64,000 nt of DNA from Candidatus Omnitrophota bacterium (GTDB lineage: Bacteria > Omnitrophota > Gorgyraeia > 1-14-0-20-64-10), in the NCBI GenBank assembly GCA_023248155.1, contig JAHFFE010000008.1, forward strand, positions 6,515-70,514, read 5' to 3'. Position 1 is the first letter of the stretch; each line of letters starts with the position of its first letter. A program made the translations under genes and the position numbers. A model generated the notes under the pieces. That model saw only the letters and a program-made list of their open reading frames with translations. It searched no databases and was not told where the DNA came from. Positions 21,001-25,800 of the stretch are shown piece after piece.

Positions 21001-22710
21001 GAATTACCCGATCCAGAACTCCGGTATGACGGTCCTGAAGCGGTTCAAGACTATCTGGAGTCGTCTCTGAGATTGGGACGTTTGGCCGCGATGAGAGCTT
21101 ATGCCGAAGAGGCCAAAGTCAAAGATTTTGAAGCCTGGCTGGCACAGCAGCCGTCCATTGCCGATGCCGCGATTGATTACGCGCGGGAGGCTGCTAAGCG
21201 GGATATTTCAACCGATCGTCCTGTGGCCTGGACTCCCAACGCGCCGCTGCCAGTGGTAGTCGAACAGCCAGTACAGCCGGTGGTTACCCCGGCTGAGAAA
21301 GAAGTTTCCGATCCGAGCTGGCTGGTCAAAGAACTCAGCACGAATGGCGTGGGGGTTCTGACCGCTTCCGGAAAAGTGACGCCCGCCAGCGTTGAGCGGT
21401 TTATGGATCTTTCGCGTACGGTGATGGAAGAACGGTATGGCTGGCAGAACTCGCTCGAAAAAGAAGGTGCCCGTTATTGGTTAGATGAGAAGGGCGATGC
21501 GTTCCTGACCCGGCCTGACGGTAGTTCCTCTGTGGCGTGGGACTGCTTCGATGGCGCGGTGGCGATCGCCAAAGTGCTTGAGTCCGTGGGCTTGCAGCCG
21601 GAACTGCGCGTTGGCCAGACCAACGGCTTCACGCGCGACGTGTTCGTAGAAGTTGAGATTGACGGCCAGACGCTGCGCTTAAGCGCCGTTCCGTCGATGA
21701 AGGCCGTTGAGGTGGTTTCCAATGCGGCCGCGTCGCAGTGGCGCAATATCCAGCCGGTTCCATGGACGGTCGCCAATCAGATGGCGGCGGCGCGCGTTTC
21801 AGTAGTCGGTATGTCGCACATGCGCCCGATGGCGATTCAGGAGCAGAACGGCTCCTATCAACTAATTCTCGGCGGCGTGACGCGCAATAGTGCTGGAAAT
21901 TTGGATATTACCGTCGCTACGCAAAAAATCGGTCCAGATGGAACGGTTACTCCAGTGTCGTTGCACCGCGCCCGGAACATTTCAATCCGCGCGATGCAGG
22001 TTCAGGGCAATGGTTCTGAGTTGTCGGAAGCGCTCAAGAACGCTGGTACGCAGGACCTGCGCGGTGAACTGGAACAGGCGTTGAAGGGAACCGGCGCGAA
22101 CCTCTCGACGCAGGGGAATTCGGAAGGATTGAAAACGCTGGCCGACATGCTGCGTATTCCGGTTGCTCAGAAGCGGCCGGTCCGTTTGCCGGCCTCCGGC
22201 GAAACCGTTCCGCAGGATGCGATGGTTGCCGCGCTGCCGGGTTTTGTCCGCTGGCAGCAGTTTGCCCAGCAGATCCAGAATAACGATGTCGTGGTTCTTC
22301 CGGCGCAGCTGCTTGACCAGGTTGATTCGGCCACGCTCGACGCGCTCTCGGCGCTGCCGCCGGAACTCAAGTCGCGCGTGGTTTTGCTGGGGTCAGGGTG
22401 GCAGCAGCGGTTGGGTAATAAGACCGGCTTCCAATATGCGGCTGGTGCTGAAGAATTGGCAGCGCTGTTCGCCGGCCGGCCCGGCATCCGCGTTCAGGTG
22501 TTCGGCCTGAACCCGGTGGAAGATTCGTTCAAGGCGATCCGCGGCGCGCTCAGCGGCAAGGGAATCACGCTGGTTGTGGTCCGGTTGACCGGCTCTCTCG
22601 AGCAGTTCCTGCTGATGCTGGGCCGGGCACTGTTAACGCCGGAAGCGGTCACGCATACCGAAGCCCAGCGCCTTGCGCAGGAAGTCCGCTCGTTGGGCCG
22701 TCAGGCATAG
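1..22710 (+). CDS. Giant protein, 5'-partial (at least 7,569 aa inside the window, N-terminus lies upstream). Mostly alpha-helical/coiled-coil, with an embedded P-loop NTPase core and a C-terminal ~130 aa domain shared with the next five genes.
   Basis: The reading frame is open from base 1 to a TAG stop at 22708-22710, with no stop in 22.7 kb. Codon usage is uniform and the region is GC-rich. The track ORF 76..22710 begins at a GTG only because the window starts inside the gene. A Walker A motif (LSTGGGKSS, ~12651-12675) and a Walker B DEFD motif (13027-13038) sit within a helicase/SecA-like motif order. Long Ala/Leu/Glu/Gln-rich heptad-like stretches occur at ~2800-4400 and ~8800-10500. The C-terminal ~130 aa align with the C-termini of the following genes. 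Confidence 0.85.
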   Translation, partial: ANQNGQAIPLFADQYGFAVEGSVRQVAVRFDDPLSGKSQTENVYLQYNRDAKGDWQMVTYWATDKVRWDAGLKDNVTGQTVGGYRYNETPQERQQFGKTLVRVDGLVRRDEAGNLKILALGGLNTEKLPALSVLTNNGMRQFEDVRVRFYTDSTFHEVSAGSKVGGVGYEAKVDGKWVPLHQLGIVPEGIDTDRSTVLALESTKISIAVDAQGNFTLGKSTEGLKDLNGKPLTGSLVGHHSEGNFNLYVGKGGQVFYQGARAAEGSVGYQRVVQPFIAQIQSQGSYGTGYPVQYLPSENLEGYRDLIAQGLGLTTEQMTGLYPQGKISEAFSNPVISLADANIRVTVDGGTYGRQLPGEGNHLEMNTQNGSSFLLSGQSGLDLVLDRTEQSVGANRYTILSEYNGTEGATVKLETPLVIHEFSEQIQINPKAVAEIRNLFIRGMERFKGMAAPDFVSAMKDELQNSVSRLTASGVTQSVEPVYRVVSRFEQPAQDPLTSRMELTPLNGRMVTPAIQGDSLNPASSISLMGTNYAVGSKIAFEGRPEGLTLATLEEGRAWKSTVVTNTDFLKAVGLEKNQAVVVMQHYTSGNTRVPQVLRSISVVNPSTGNSELMSYRYDPKSGADVGSGQFSLPLNSTLESLQKQFGSVDVDGFDAGAGLEVVGMTDLPKMTAVALREQGQELTLGIQRQMAPQSDQMLRFTAGMEAVLPGLLGELDRQGVSLEAFLGATEYGPTYSGMLNPVLADAADASSNRELIGIAVLAPEVTPVGRPVLQQALVQQLWLGRNGQIAYDIVSGRDTAVELVQFFDPKTGQQGIVTNDRTGNSIFFAKGTEWIMPMKDTPTVDIAWKAEAFKVEGISLVLGQQTAWLFDTKNNRFAQLEINGQKTQPDSNGWARINEGDIYQLSRDDDPRRLERQKDGSLAPTIVSTNTLPPSMRADTLPVAEKITPEQQLEQLKASVKNVRDQLGEALGSESAPGKLQTQTREQETRLAHLYGQTQEPGVQQSRDQKPPVKLEDKQLALLVGTADEYVKQVDAFLKDGKALSEDKMKALLASGNTLLEKTKEYLGNKDFQEQFAVLQKASGQMDKQLTKLEQDWKDAKMSPEQKQYLGAQLRFMTEQQATQAILYSKAQPLVAYQEMYRAVTEIRQELGLRGEGFATPVALPDSLAEIGSRLEVQARVMDGLEERLQGLPIAKQTEILNGLTEQTKALNADLGKALDDKGIQENLGKLASDLETIVPDVLLLKGRVDSWVSLGRPASFTVDGVDLRVEAASIGSKLDSLRQAYPVTRLGELVANVQRNAGDLAVQWNEKNTLLVPMLQQQAAQSAFESKYKQVAAPLMAIYGKVYEAVDRVYDKQAEGYIRRIAESTAILLEKSAGMERAEATLRSIDQAKLGSDQPAFQSSQEKNLARTADALKPEIAVLKKEIQTEQAALHAIRVEQHAAWDRDAPQQVLYKIDENGEKVYLRKDMAATNDVAKRTNDTVNTRVLYSIPNEKTKSWLELNAGSLAVGSADGKIATRYVLQPAKIDPANENTVLAPERMLRMTDYDPSKDPQQRVHVEESLGEIRYDSNKNSKELPFVGSFKDPERAGRNIRLLSETKFLNPREAVRVERFSGESIYEQAAIQGMDKELQQQSFIDINKIDTNKNKFLVNARATYMRLAENVPGYADLRNRANIAQQETRLYSNITDNPYRGTVLASDAYGISRERITRADDFYEETKFVGPGATESYRIEKATGLADGATHVAKYVYTYYDGEKAVSNYIRGSETFIKAPDGIRRGSDVHPDQYVTPLNPKPVELAMIKAGDPKKGYTLDPYGTSAMKDFVAAPANIPFGGSEGRILAQVAEMPQLKFKSEASLKENGVEIYEARTKVEKAEQLKVRDTGFMQMDSRVYGESGDTTGNIQFVVRKDDFGNLHVDTKENYAFVKGVWVNARVLAVGPVATSIWNEKRYNPNHVQIEGGERFSPDQLNASYSRIEINKAGDAEERVYYGRTLLNSEEQKLNYPDKPDEQVIAGIYNKLDGSFTGNTRMIVPYFSDPKGFVPFQMLYGAFHVDQLGRWAAGPDGKVDTFMGNMTPNQFAWTTAVFREALIFEVGGLAMKGPTLGGGIGRGYQTVVGWSAGAASRRAIVGLGEQAFVQGGKALSEAGILVGRSAAAQVYTRAYSNAAARLLFKPVGQTVATLADDLAVATVSRISAQVSVHGAGYLSANIIGRTGMQIATPFLTRPAMSWQAFREGAGQFFSSGKNGWVSPENIKTLLIRTPLDIQFRMNPAFSLASNLGLLISDRMGTPMVNQYGLPTSNGFFSTHFAADRHGSENLFTAESWKNAVMLTPIMFASQPISRALGGLIGFNQLAQLKSAAHSSVIAQYSVLYMDMKVLLPAAEGVIVSGLETVGIPSKVEVFGFSFSPSGLIAQVVSFGIIAPQITPNAGKAASAEVLRTESADAAAGASRALTDIAGREARNQQAVPPATETLAGTGAVQETVARQVDMAEQTQTSQQTRTVAETETPELIRLSDTAREQVPDAEGTLNRLLVLPVTSGSSATGAELADVTGSLRAYSGEARAGAGDSTFRGALRQGVEHAMGMLQSWLTGRSEPGKAPTATEQLDLLTAVDNLAQAVEATGLGRKLGDKLGDLAGQAAGFKTPELNALAPSAAAPASIRALNLGQSLPQNLQNAGVASSRVAVVAGKLGEVVARVPDQIRRISGSSPETAAVITVAITRSVASLARFVPEGDVRSRLVQAPRAAAAEMAKITPRQETTPPTVKVAAAPETTPAQPQTASTSDAIQIRSVENGKAEEIRIKLDSDRSNVSSATDLSGRLTLTVDTKGNLTISAEGELPAELRNSRVTLTQDGKPVNSNGRELNGKVTLGSLLDKPIQVNTDKDSVKIRINSGKEGTFEETAQKAADKTAETARPRETEPSARPKESSFRDQVRAVFNEAGRDSDQQSFVTQQDVVHSTFDGVRSEFNQLIEQAAKAATPEARQALLEKAVQRLDQMITVAEEALGAIGRKGLNAAETGKLVNQLFEDVSKGYDLLADTALAAAEARGGNASGLVASMGQSFSRMADFAGSAARLLQQAGAKPSELITLIGKTAERLMGADGKSGSFGKLLAIYDAVVKDAKATAAQRTEAVVGISTAEASLGRYVERSLQTAKNAGIKVNAEALGNMFYESTNEYTSRIEQLDVNKFGELTANQAGQLFGNELAAMESARDAFAAVRSSGGKVNLGRDGKLFGRMATAVSRQITAVFAQTKAGSEQFFAAVEASSRLMEDTRSLEQARLLEKGAAGDLIRSQMKTLSTALDKLAGGSNEIVAAGQEAETLFVWFEALVGSDVWSGLDANQRAVILGFSIEAQASSQLAGVRSEEQHARAGAIFPQQATRGAGAFRSRLQNEVRNLFSDPNLSADSKLELANRVDRTEKATRFDRATLRAKNQARAQAADVFADQARDNAGTAAGTAAAVKWAIARRTPAADRLLESTGATRSDKSRGSPEDLASRAAQANTPESRRAVSEIWASLKQELRQRSDFTSERELDLDSRLSGRAPETPRESPQELIARTAPALNKAAQAKLQKAPVEPVEVVRIDKAGRNALPGLKELPSGKDRDTIIENRIQSMSDQKRLETLTKQTEIGTKDGTPVLALQVVEGDRGFLISLDSRLSTGGTVRQRVATELVRRAEVQILSKSQLETVFRQMHADNASGKTIELPGGKSLPNIAAVREVIDQVVEGPVRRVVEGDGLQALFKSGSEIDTLSKKIGEQLDQKLPVVEATIVLNDRPTDVVMTNELAREIVKKLSEIRKPFYAKEAESAVTTVLETVVIPEGATPQQRTAAIVSALTGKIIEPMKAAKPDATNGQDIVVTITADGTAHKAPRADFVKAMAGTIGAEVAERLAYEGKLDQLTSDQTKELVGKLSDTVRSVEAETLDGLRKGLFNDEQIILNDAADNAIRGAIVPVLASRAEQLAREELGQTDRINFHKPAEGKDSLTALKNTETRLLNETGTARGSREHAVILIDSLPRLFEQSQRNGLALSGKALSEDLSKEITASADFHGQLARDARTQLVNSSENHTAFGSNEQVSSQIDRGWNNISIDRTSLKQGQVDHLTSIVRLEAAGLVRDALEPFAVSGATQDQFNKAGLTPAFIERLGYDSDGLKLESGKTAYAPETVQTVRGKVDSEARVRVRAEQVRDLKGFPSIRPEQWAAIRNIAMGDKYSVEALSTGGGKSSFVSPVLAAFIYDTTGEKVVVVFSDAGLMKAGYNDAARVWGVGKYSDKPGLTTNGKSDGPKFDVYLHETGHIPERLDPELESANIIYTTLEGLKSASLAEKLGTSPNAFEPFRQANYLIDEFDTLKLDPDLQGTLPGSGITLAQFGHVQTQVETVVRYIRATYGESAVENFREGKGGNGLSNSIEQSLTYTETELSPELRIVANRGDIHEMSAIGLERTANGNYRYTPRHDQVHFSPEFKEGLVEYLREKSVSLELKFNQDTQFSDFVDSPEGQQWMAAADEVARAVTAIHGRDFATDATLADGTISSRSPTRLVPVHEASGGTQTRQHWSNPYQAAAYNEVLSGEFLKSSPLPAGEIQLDPTSTRVSTNDVLADIRAGHIAARGENGTGPQLRIHGYSGTGIQGGGGRLLGRLFGVTVPDVEARAENLGSLAADQFTVLRGPDAMQQALSQSARVTIDVTTVLDSKINETLWRSENQSSAHVIRDGEGNFWYFEKGSNQPRSIDYADARLLALNDNVRFFIHRAGSRGLDLPIPEGAGIRVLVSDSTGLDALEQALGRWRGEYNHQLWGADNYKPGIGQVQKNQVDLVMIDSRETGPNTISKGELENMAVQNQNRAVDPTALGQQIQTTFSTRAQWQLGKMLTIVQASPGSEAWAAPLRQKLNDLMEHNAAAANHQQTGTALQSGEHQLVEAVRNGLRGEVSAMAEVRSLEASGEYGPLPAEAKAILEETLSNRVADFETEGHLLTRNELGQIAAGKGSELTADTQAVLIRGGYAEKADATGVLRLTEKGQSSLTELDRATATVPIVSSLSEARTVSQAIRFVQSEVGREELPLLAGRSAPDSVRTLTLRDNLNGLLESVGLTEGERTNFLNSPELQRLQDGQGRFIGESGRNFVETSEQLVAAVRNDSDRGALSTALTSLGHSDWAAIVTNGTQPGNGLALAQTALGLSSSPLTDPQSGGVKFLVSVGYQLQLEQTPASVQLSPSDWARLQTSSNMGLELNSLLGTRTTVDPALMARAQSGQETIQQVLPIRQQLHQIEKELDSIQDSRIEEAVKTGRDNPVSVKRGDKNDPLPANLVLKEAELTRRRDQTQTQLTKAEKPLDKGLLTVADLVTTHAGGDVDRAASLAVRFNPALQSYSHSQLTQALRRLTQPVRDNGFGLQGRSISVYDLDNYLRDSREFLKTAAPSRGLLSEALTELDKAIDLEKIEGTRTKDKSKSEVTLPIIEAAAAATVARLSAGRVEKMAGENEDVPLLDGVPLTNERVTRLLMTAVNPTASDNDLSAAVTIGSVATDLSEQQVGSYQTDPSLLRARQRAALESAARRVAYRDVSNKAEQLVARFEAQDKSLTPADLKIIYTAFEALENKKDRGALVQIVRAQLSQNELSAGQIIQQHPAEVVSEYRSALLRDPLSLLPSISLVASVASQEKINNNSYASLAAGRRTLIDRLDSVNRLFNPDLQESAATGLVEERLGIVSLTAASNVSIEQSLLHLNRMVANGRQEFSDPAGIFVRLNLKLTQASSLRIDEARSAAARVTHLLEKGLRREDLVPQITAQAVDQLRAKVGLPPLNLNQVQRVVYDRYLPFVERELGGVANPAASQKQLSSYAVNELKSILTDMGNPVASNIAQQISDITILQLVQLSHNLNQQVFIPNNTAIAIHPEGITAGALSDVKDRNINGITVFDVLVDQPFENVMGSTPGAMHFENVGVAMPEKGFRVLDVVSMLRAGQVNIQAQKIARLLRESGDSASLQVANLVISWAQQIEAQVDRSRITIDGTARSLQKNQRIEESWHASDRASVGQLGDVASQGSQAIPATVAAILREDGRLIQVVAGSADPAAMAAARSQLTGDDNGSVFELSAKLERLRASSDINELAIEFTNTLIQWENDSGLYVKAFGWVLRMMDSKGVTLSGATADEAMAGFRRGMADIQNDTFYRYDERLERLDGDQQLKMRFIGRDTAQQRFFVQASAENRAAYVATQQALARSVDSYLTRAGLEEGGGEEPKPEEIAAAKAKEIDTAWKQLTAISKDVQAPIVISANIRQANGIVMPAEAVLIEQAMARRVDAAVQRLIERINGAAVIRRMNVQEAAMDAVERQVPVFLMNNGRPERVMGMDRSGLLVTMGVGKDQTLQQITADPALQEADFLVGVFQPIALGEPVTLKRGGVDEQVRFEFVSNGATASSWEMLDKDGITDVIRSLAREPGSFERFEASWKTQHETPGTIHAVARDSKGRIVASIVTYPDSAEVHPGDYAAAQQAGASYLVSQPALYIKYWAAADGDKKVSGAGDALRAALLKALKEGKVSSKDRKPYQLVTFHARAEQFGQEGTAAPSVFDILWKEKLQLSADSYDLITQKGYYQGSHGESVDAHYAIIKTDKIFSEQTPVPPIQKSGAEEAVIEESVINEFADGLLGRQLDAVITSQIDQLTAGSGQELRKLPEIRRLSVTDADMNSVMEALKDPRTIEDLNCACASAVNYARAMGQQVTAPDMGNIVHRFVGLMVRQALTDNGSSLTLYERLGMGERPSIPVPFELIQTVLATPGLIAAAPRGFVTTLYQTSAVPAGKTVTVMERTESVPVPSAIYSRYAREGFVLGNRNGPFVAYLEGRNIGGHAAVVSAMPDAVTISPVAPVSVRGFMVRGPAMFAIKDGVLYADSKQVTGLDQALATVQTSRWQKVAMAGIGGAPGTVKAVDEMATAVIEAANSNTNSSSPVEGLPPDNRVLSGSLSKAKKRLARQAVAKSRFETWLSKLARIATLGEELAKFQEGLNELNKLDDGELPDPELRYDGPEAVQDYLESSLRLGRLAAMRAYAEEAKVKDFEAWLAQQPSIADAAIDYAREAAKRDISTDRPVAWTPNAPLPVVVEQPVQPVVTPAEKEVSDPSWLVKELSTNGVGVLTASGKVTPASVERFMDLSRTVMEERYGWQNSLEKEGARYWLDEKGDAFLTRPDGSSSVAWDCFDGAVAIAKVLESVGLQPELRVGQTNGFTRDVFVEVEIDGQTLRLSAVPSMKAVEVVSNAAASQWRNIQPVPWTVANQMAAARVSVVGMSHMRPMAIQEQNGSYQLILGGVTRNSAGNLDITVATQKIGPDGTVTPVSLHRARNISIRAMQVQGNGSELSEALKNAGTQDLRGELEQALKGTGANLSTQGNSEGLKTLADMLRIPVAQKRPVRLPASGETVPQDAMVAALPGFVRWQQFAQQIQNNDVVVLPAQLLDQVDSATLDALSALPPELKSRVVLLGSGWQQRLGNKTGFQYAAGAEELAALFAGRPGIRVQVFGLNPVEDSFKAIRGALSGKGITLVVVRLTGSLEQFLLMLGRALLTPEAVTHTEAQRLAQEVRSLGRQA

Positions 22711-22791
22711 TCAGAAATAGCATAGAAGATTTTTACACAAAAACCGGTTCACGCATGGCATACTTAAAGTAGGTCAAGGGTAAAAACACCT

Positions 22792-22832
22792 TTCGCGGGG
22801 TCGCACCAGCTCTCCCCGCGGAAGTTTTTATT
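22792..22832 (+). terminator. Rho-independent terminator between the two giant genes.
   Basis: A 9-bp GC-rich stem (TTCGCGGGG...CCCCGCGGAA) with a 13-nt loop is followed by GTTTTTATT. It lies 82 nt after the stop of giant gene 1. Confidence 0.6.
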
Positions 22833-22898
22833 ACCCCTCTTTTTCAAGAGATAAGAACTTTTCGATAAAGCGGTTTAGTTGACCCAAAAGGGGGATTC

Positions 22899-25800
22899 AT
22901 GATCGTTCGCTTTAACCGGAAAACAGGGCAATCTTCCGAAGGAACTCCAGTTCCTGGCGAAGGCGTTTTACTTCCGGTCCAGCGCCCGCGGTTAAGACCG
23001 GTTCTGCGTTCGGTCGCGGCAGTCACGCTGGCGGCCTTCACGATCACTTCCATCGTTCCGTCCGTTTTCGCGCAAACCGTTCATTCGAAAGAAACACTGC
23101 GTCCGGTTCAAGAAGCGGAAGGCAATAATAAAGAAAAGGTTGGCGGCCTTGAAGAACGTCTGCGTGCTTCTGGTTCTGAACCGATTTCGGCTGATCCAGT
23201 ACTACTCACCCCGACTCCTTCAGTTTCAGCAGGCGGCCAAGGTGATGGACTCGCCACCACCACTAATTTCTGGGTTAACCGATCTGGAAGCCCTATTGCC
23301 GGGAAGGAAGAAGATTCCGCGGTCCGCGTTGATCGCCGCACTGCGCTGGCGGCAGGTTTATTGGGTACGGCAGCGGTAGCCACGGCGCTGACAGCGCCTG
23401 TTTCACTGCCGGCCCAGGATGTTACGCCACCTCAACCCAAGGTTGTTGCCGCTGCTCCGAAAGCTGCAGCGAAACCAGCCCCACGCCCTGTTCTTGTGGA
23501 ACAGATCACCAGTAATCTTGTCCAGAATGACAAGGGACAAATACAACTCGAAACCGTTTCTCGAGGGACACGGTCAGACCGGGTGATTGCTCCTCCTACG
23601 AAAGAGTCGCGCCATCCCATGATAGCTGCGGTCCAGGCCGTTAAAGCCACTTTGACCCGCGGTCAGGAGCTGGTCCGCTCGTTTCTCACGGGTCCTTCTG
23701 AAGTGATCCGCTGGTTCGCGGTCAAAAACCACGCGCGGTCGATTATTCCAAAAAATCATCCGAATGTCATTCTCTCTCTCAACGATTTCCGGCCGTTTAT
23801 TGATCAAGGCCCGGAGCGGGTTGCAGTGGTATTAAAAGCAATCGGTGCCGCGGCCAAAGCTCAGGGTTCCAAAGTATCGATCGCGCTGGATATTGGTGCT
23901 TTTGTCGATAACCGGGATTTCAGTGATTTGAAAACGCCGATCAGCGCTAACACCACCCGTGATTATCTGGTTCCATTTGTGACCGAAGCAAAACGGCAGG
24001 ACATCAAAGTGCTTCCTTACAGTTCCGACCGCGGCGTGATGCTGGATATCGGAAGTTACAAGCGCGAATTACAGGATGCCCTGCAAATGGGCTTTGACCG
24101 CGAAGCGATCGTGACCGACTGGGAATGGTGGGCGTCGCCTCCCGGTGTTGAGAATCTATGGGAAACACTAACGCTTAATAAACAGGATGACGCGAAGGCG
24201 CAACTGGCGCTTGAGTGGCTGAAAGCTCATCAGCAACTGCTTACCAGTGTGATTTCAGACAAAGAAATTCCGGTTACCGCCAAGCCCACTCAAATCTACG
24301 CATTGGTGAATCAGGATTTTGCGCAGGTGCTCATCAAGGCATTAGACGGTAAACCGTTGCCGTCACGGTTTCATTTGGTGGTGATGGCCTATAACACGCC
24401 TCGCGGCAAAGAGGCCGAGTTTGTTCAAGCAGCGCAGAAGTCTTCGGCCGACTTGACCGGCCAGAAAGCCAGCGGCTACGCGCTCAATTTTGAAAGGGAT
24501 GCCAGCCCGGATCAATCATTAAACGGTTTGGCTGTTGAAGGAAAAGTTGGTGAAACCGTTCAGCAGATTGCCGCGCAGGCCAAAACCGGCGGTGAACCGC
24601 TCTTTATGCATATTCCGTCGCATCGTGATCTGACCAGTTTAATGGAAACCGGCAAGATGGTGCCGGTGTTACCAGCCGATCAGGTTGAGCTGGCTCAAAC
24701 AACGGCTATTGCCTTGGGTAAGATGGTGCTCGGCGGCACACCCAAATCTCCCGAAATTATTCGCCGTTATTTACCAAGACCGGAAGATACCGCCACGGTG
24801 ACGAACCGAATTGCCGTGGAGCCGGTGACCCATGGTATTGGCTTTGGCACCACCGGTGTTGGTACTGTCGGGGCAGTCGGTCGCAATGTGGAAGCATGGA
24901 TGGGCAAGGGCGTCTGGTGGTTCCTGGATCCAGACACATTTATTTTGGGGCCGGAGGCCGGCTTGACCGTTTCTGCCATGAAAAAAATCGTCGGTACTCT
25001 GGTCAGGGGTGAATTGGAAACCGTCAGCATGGAATTGATCGTGACGCCGCTGGGTGAAGACGGCCGACCGTCGGGTCCGGCATTGCCGCCTATTTCAGTG
25101 ATGGGTGTTCCGGATCCGACCCGCGAACTCAAAGGGGCTCGTTACGACGCGCAATTGCGCGTTAAGCTGCGCCGGCCCGGCGAGCGCCTGGCGCAAAATC
25201 CTGAGAGCTGGCCGCTGATTAATGCCTCGATTGAGGCTGAAGTCGCTTTGGGCTATCCCGGCTACGGCCGCACGCCGCTGACCGTGTCGGAAGCGATCCA
25301 TATTCCTCCAGGGCGTGGCAATGAAACCGCTGAGGTGACGATTCCTCTGGGTGAAATTACTCCGACCATCAGCTTTTTTATTTTGCGCAGCCGCGATAGC
25401 CAGGAAAAAATCACCGGTTGGTATGGCCCCGTAAACCCGATGTATATGTCACAGTTCACCGATTATCTGCTCGACCAGAAATACAAAACGAAATGGGCTC
25501 ATCTGGAGACCGTCTGCGCCGATCCCAATACCAGTGCTCAGCTGTTGGCTGAAGCGACCGAAGAGATGAATCGGATGGGCGGGCATGTGACGGCGCTGCA
25601 GCTGGCGGTCGATCACCGGGGTGATCTGATGGTGCCGGTTTCAGTTGAAGAATACAAAGATGCCGCCTCCATGCGCGCACAATTTCAATCGCTGCGGGAG
25701 CATGGCGTAACCCATATTTCCGTGCGGGTTCCTGAGATCGAACAGAATGCCGATAAATATCTGGTTCAATACGCCGAAAAAGATATTTGGGGTGTCGATT

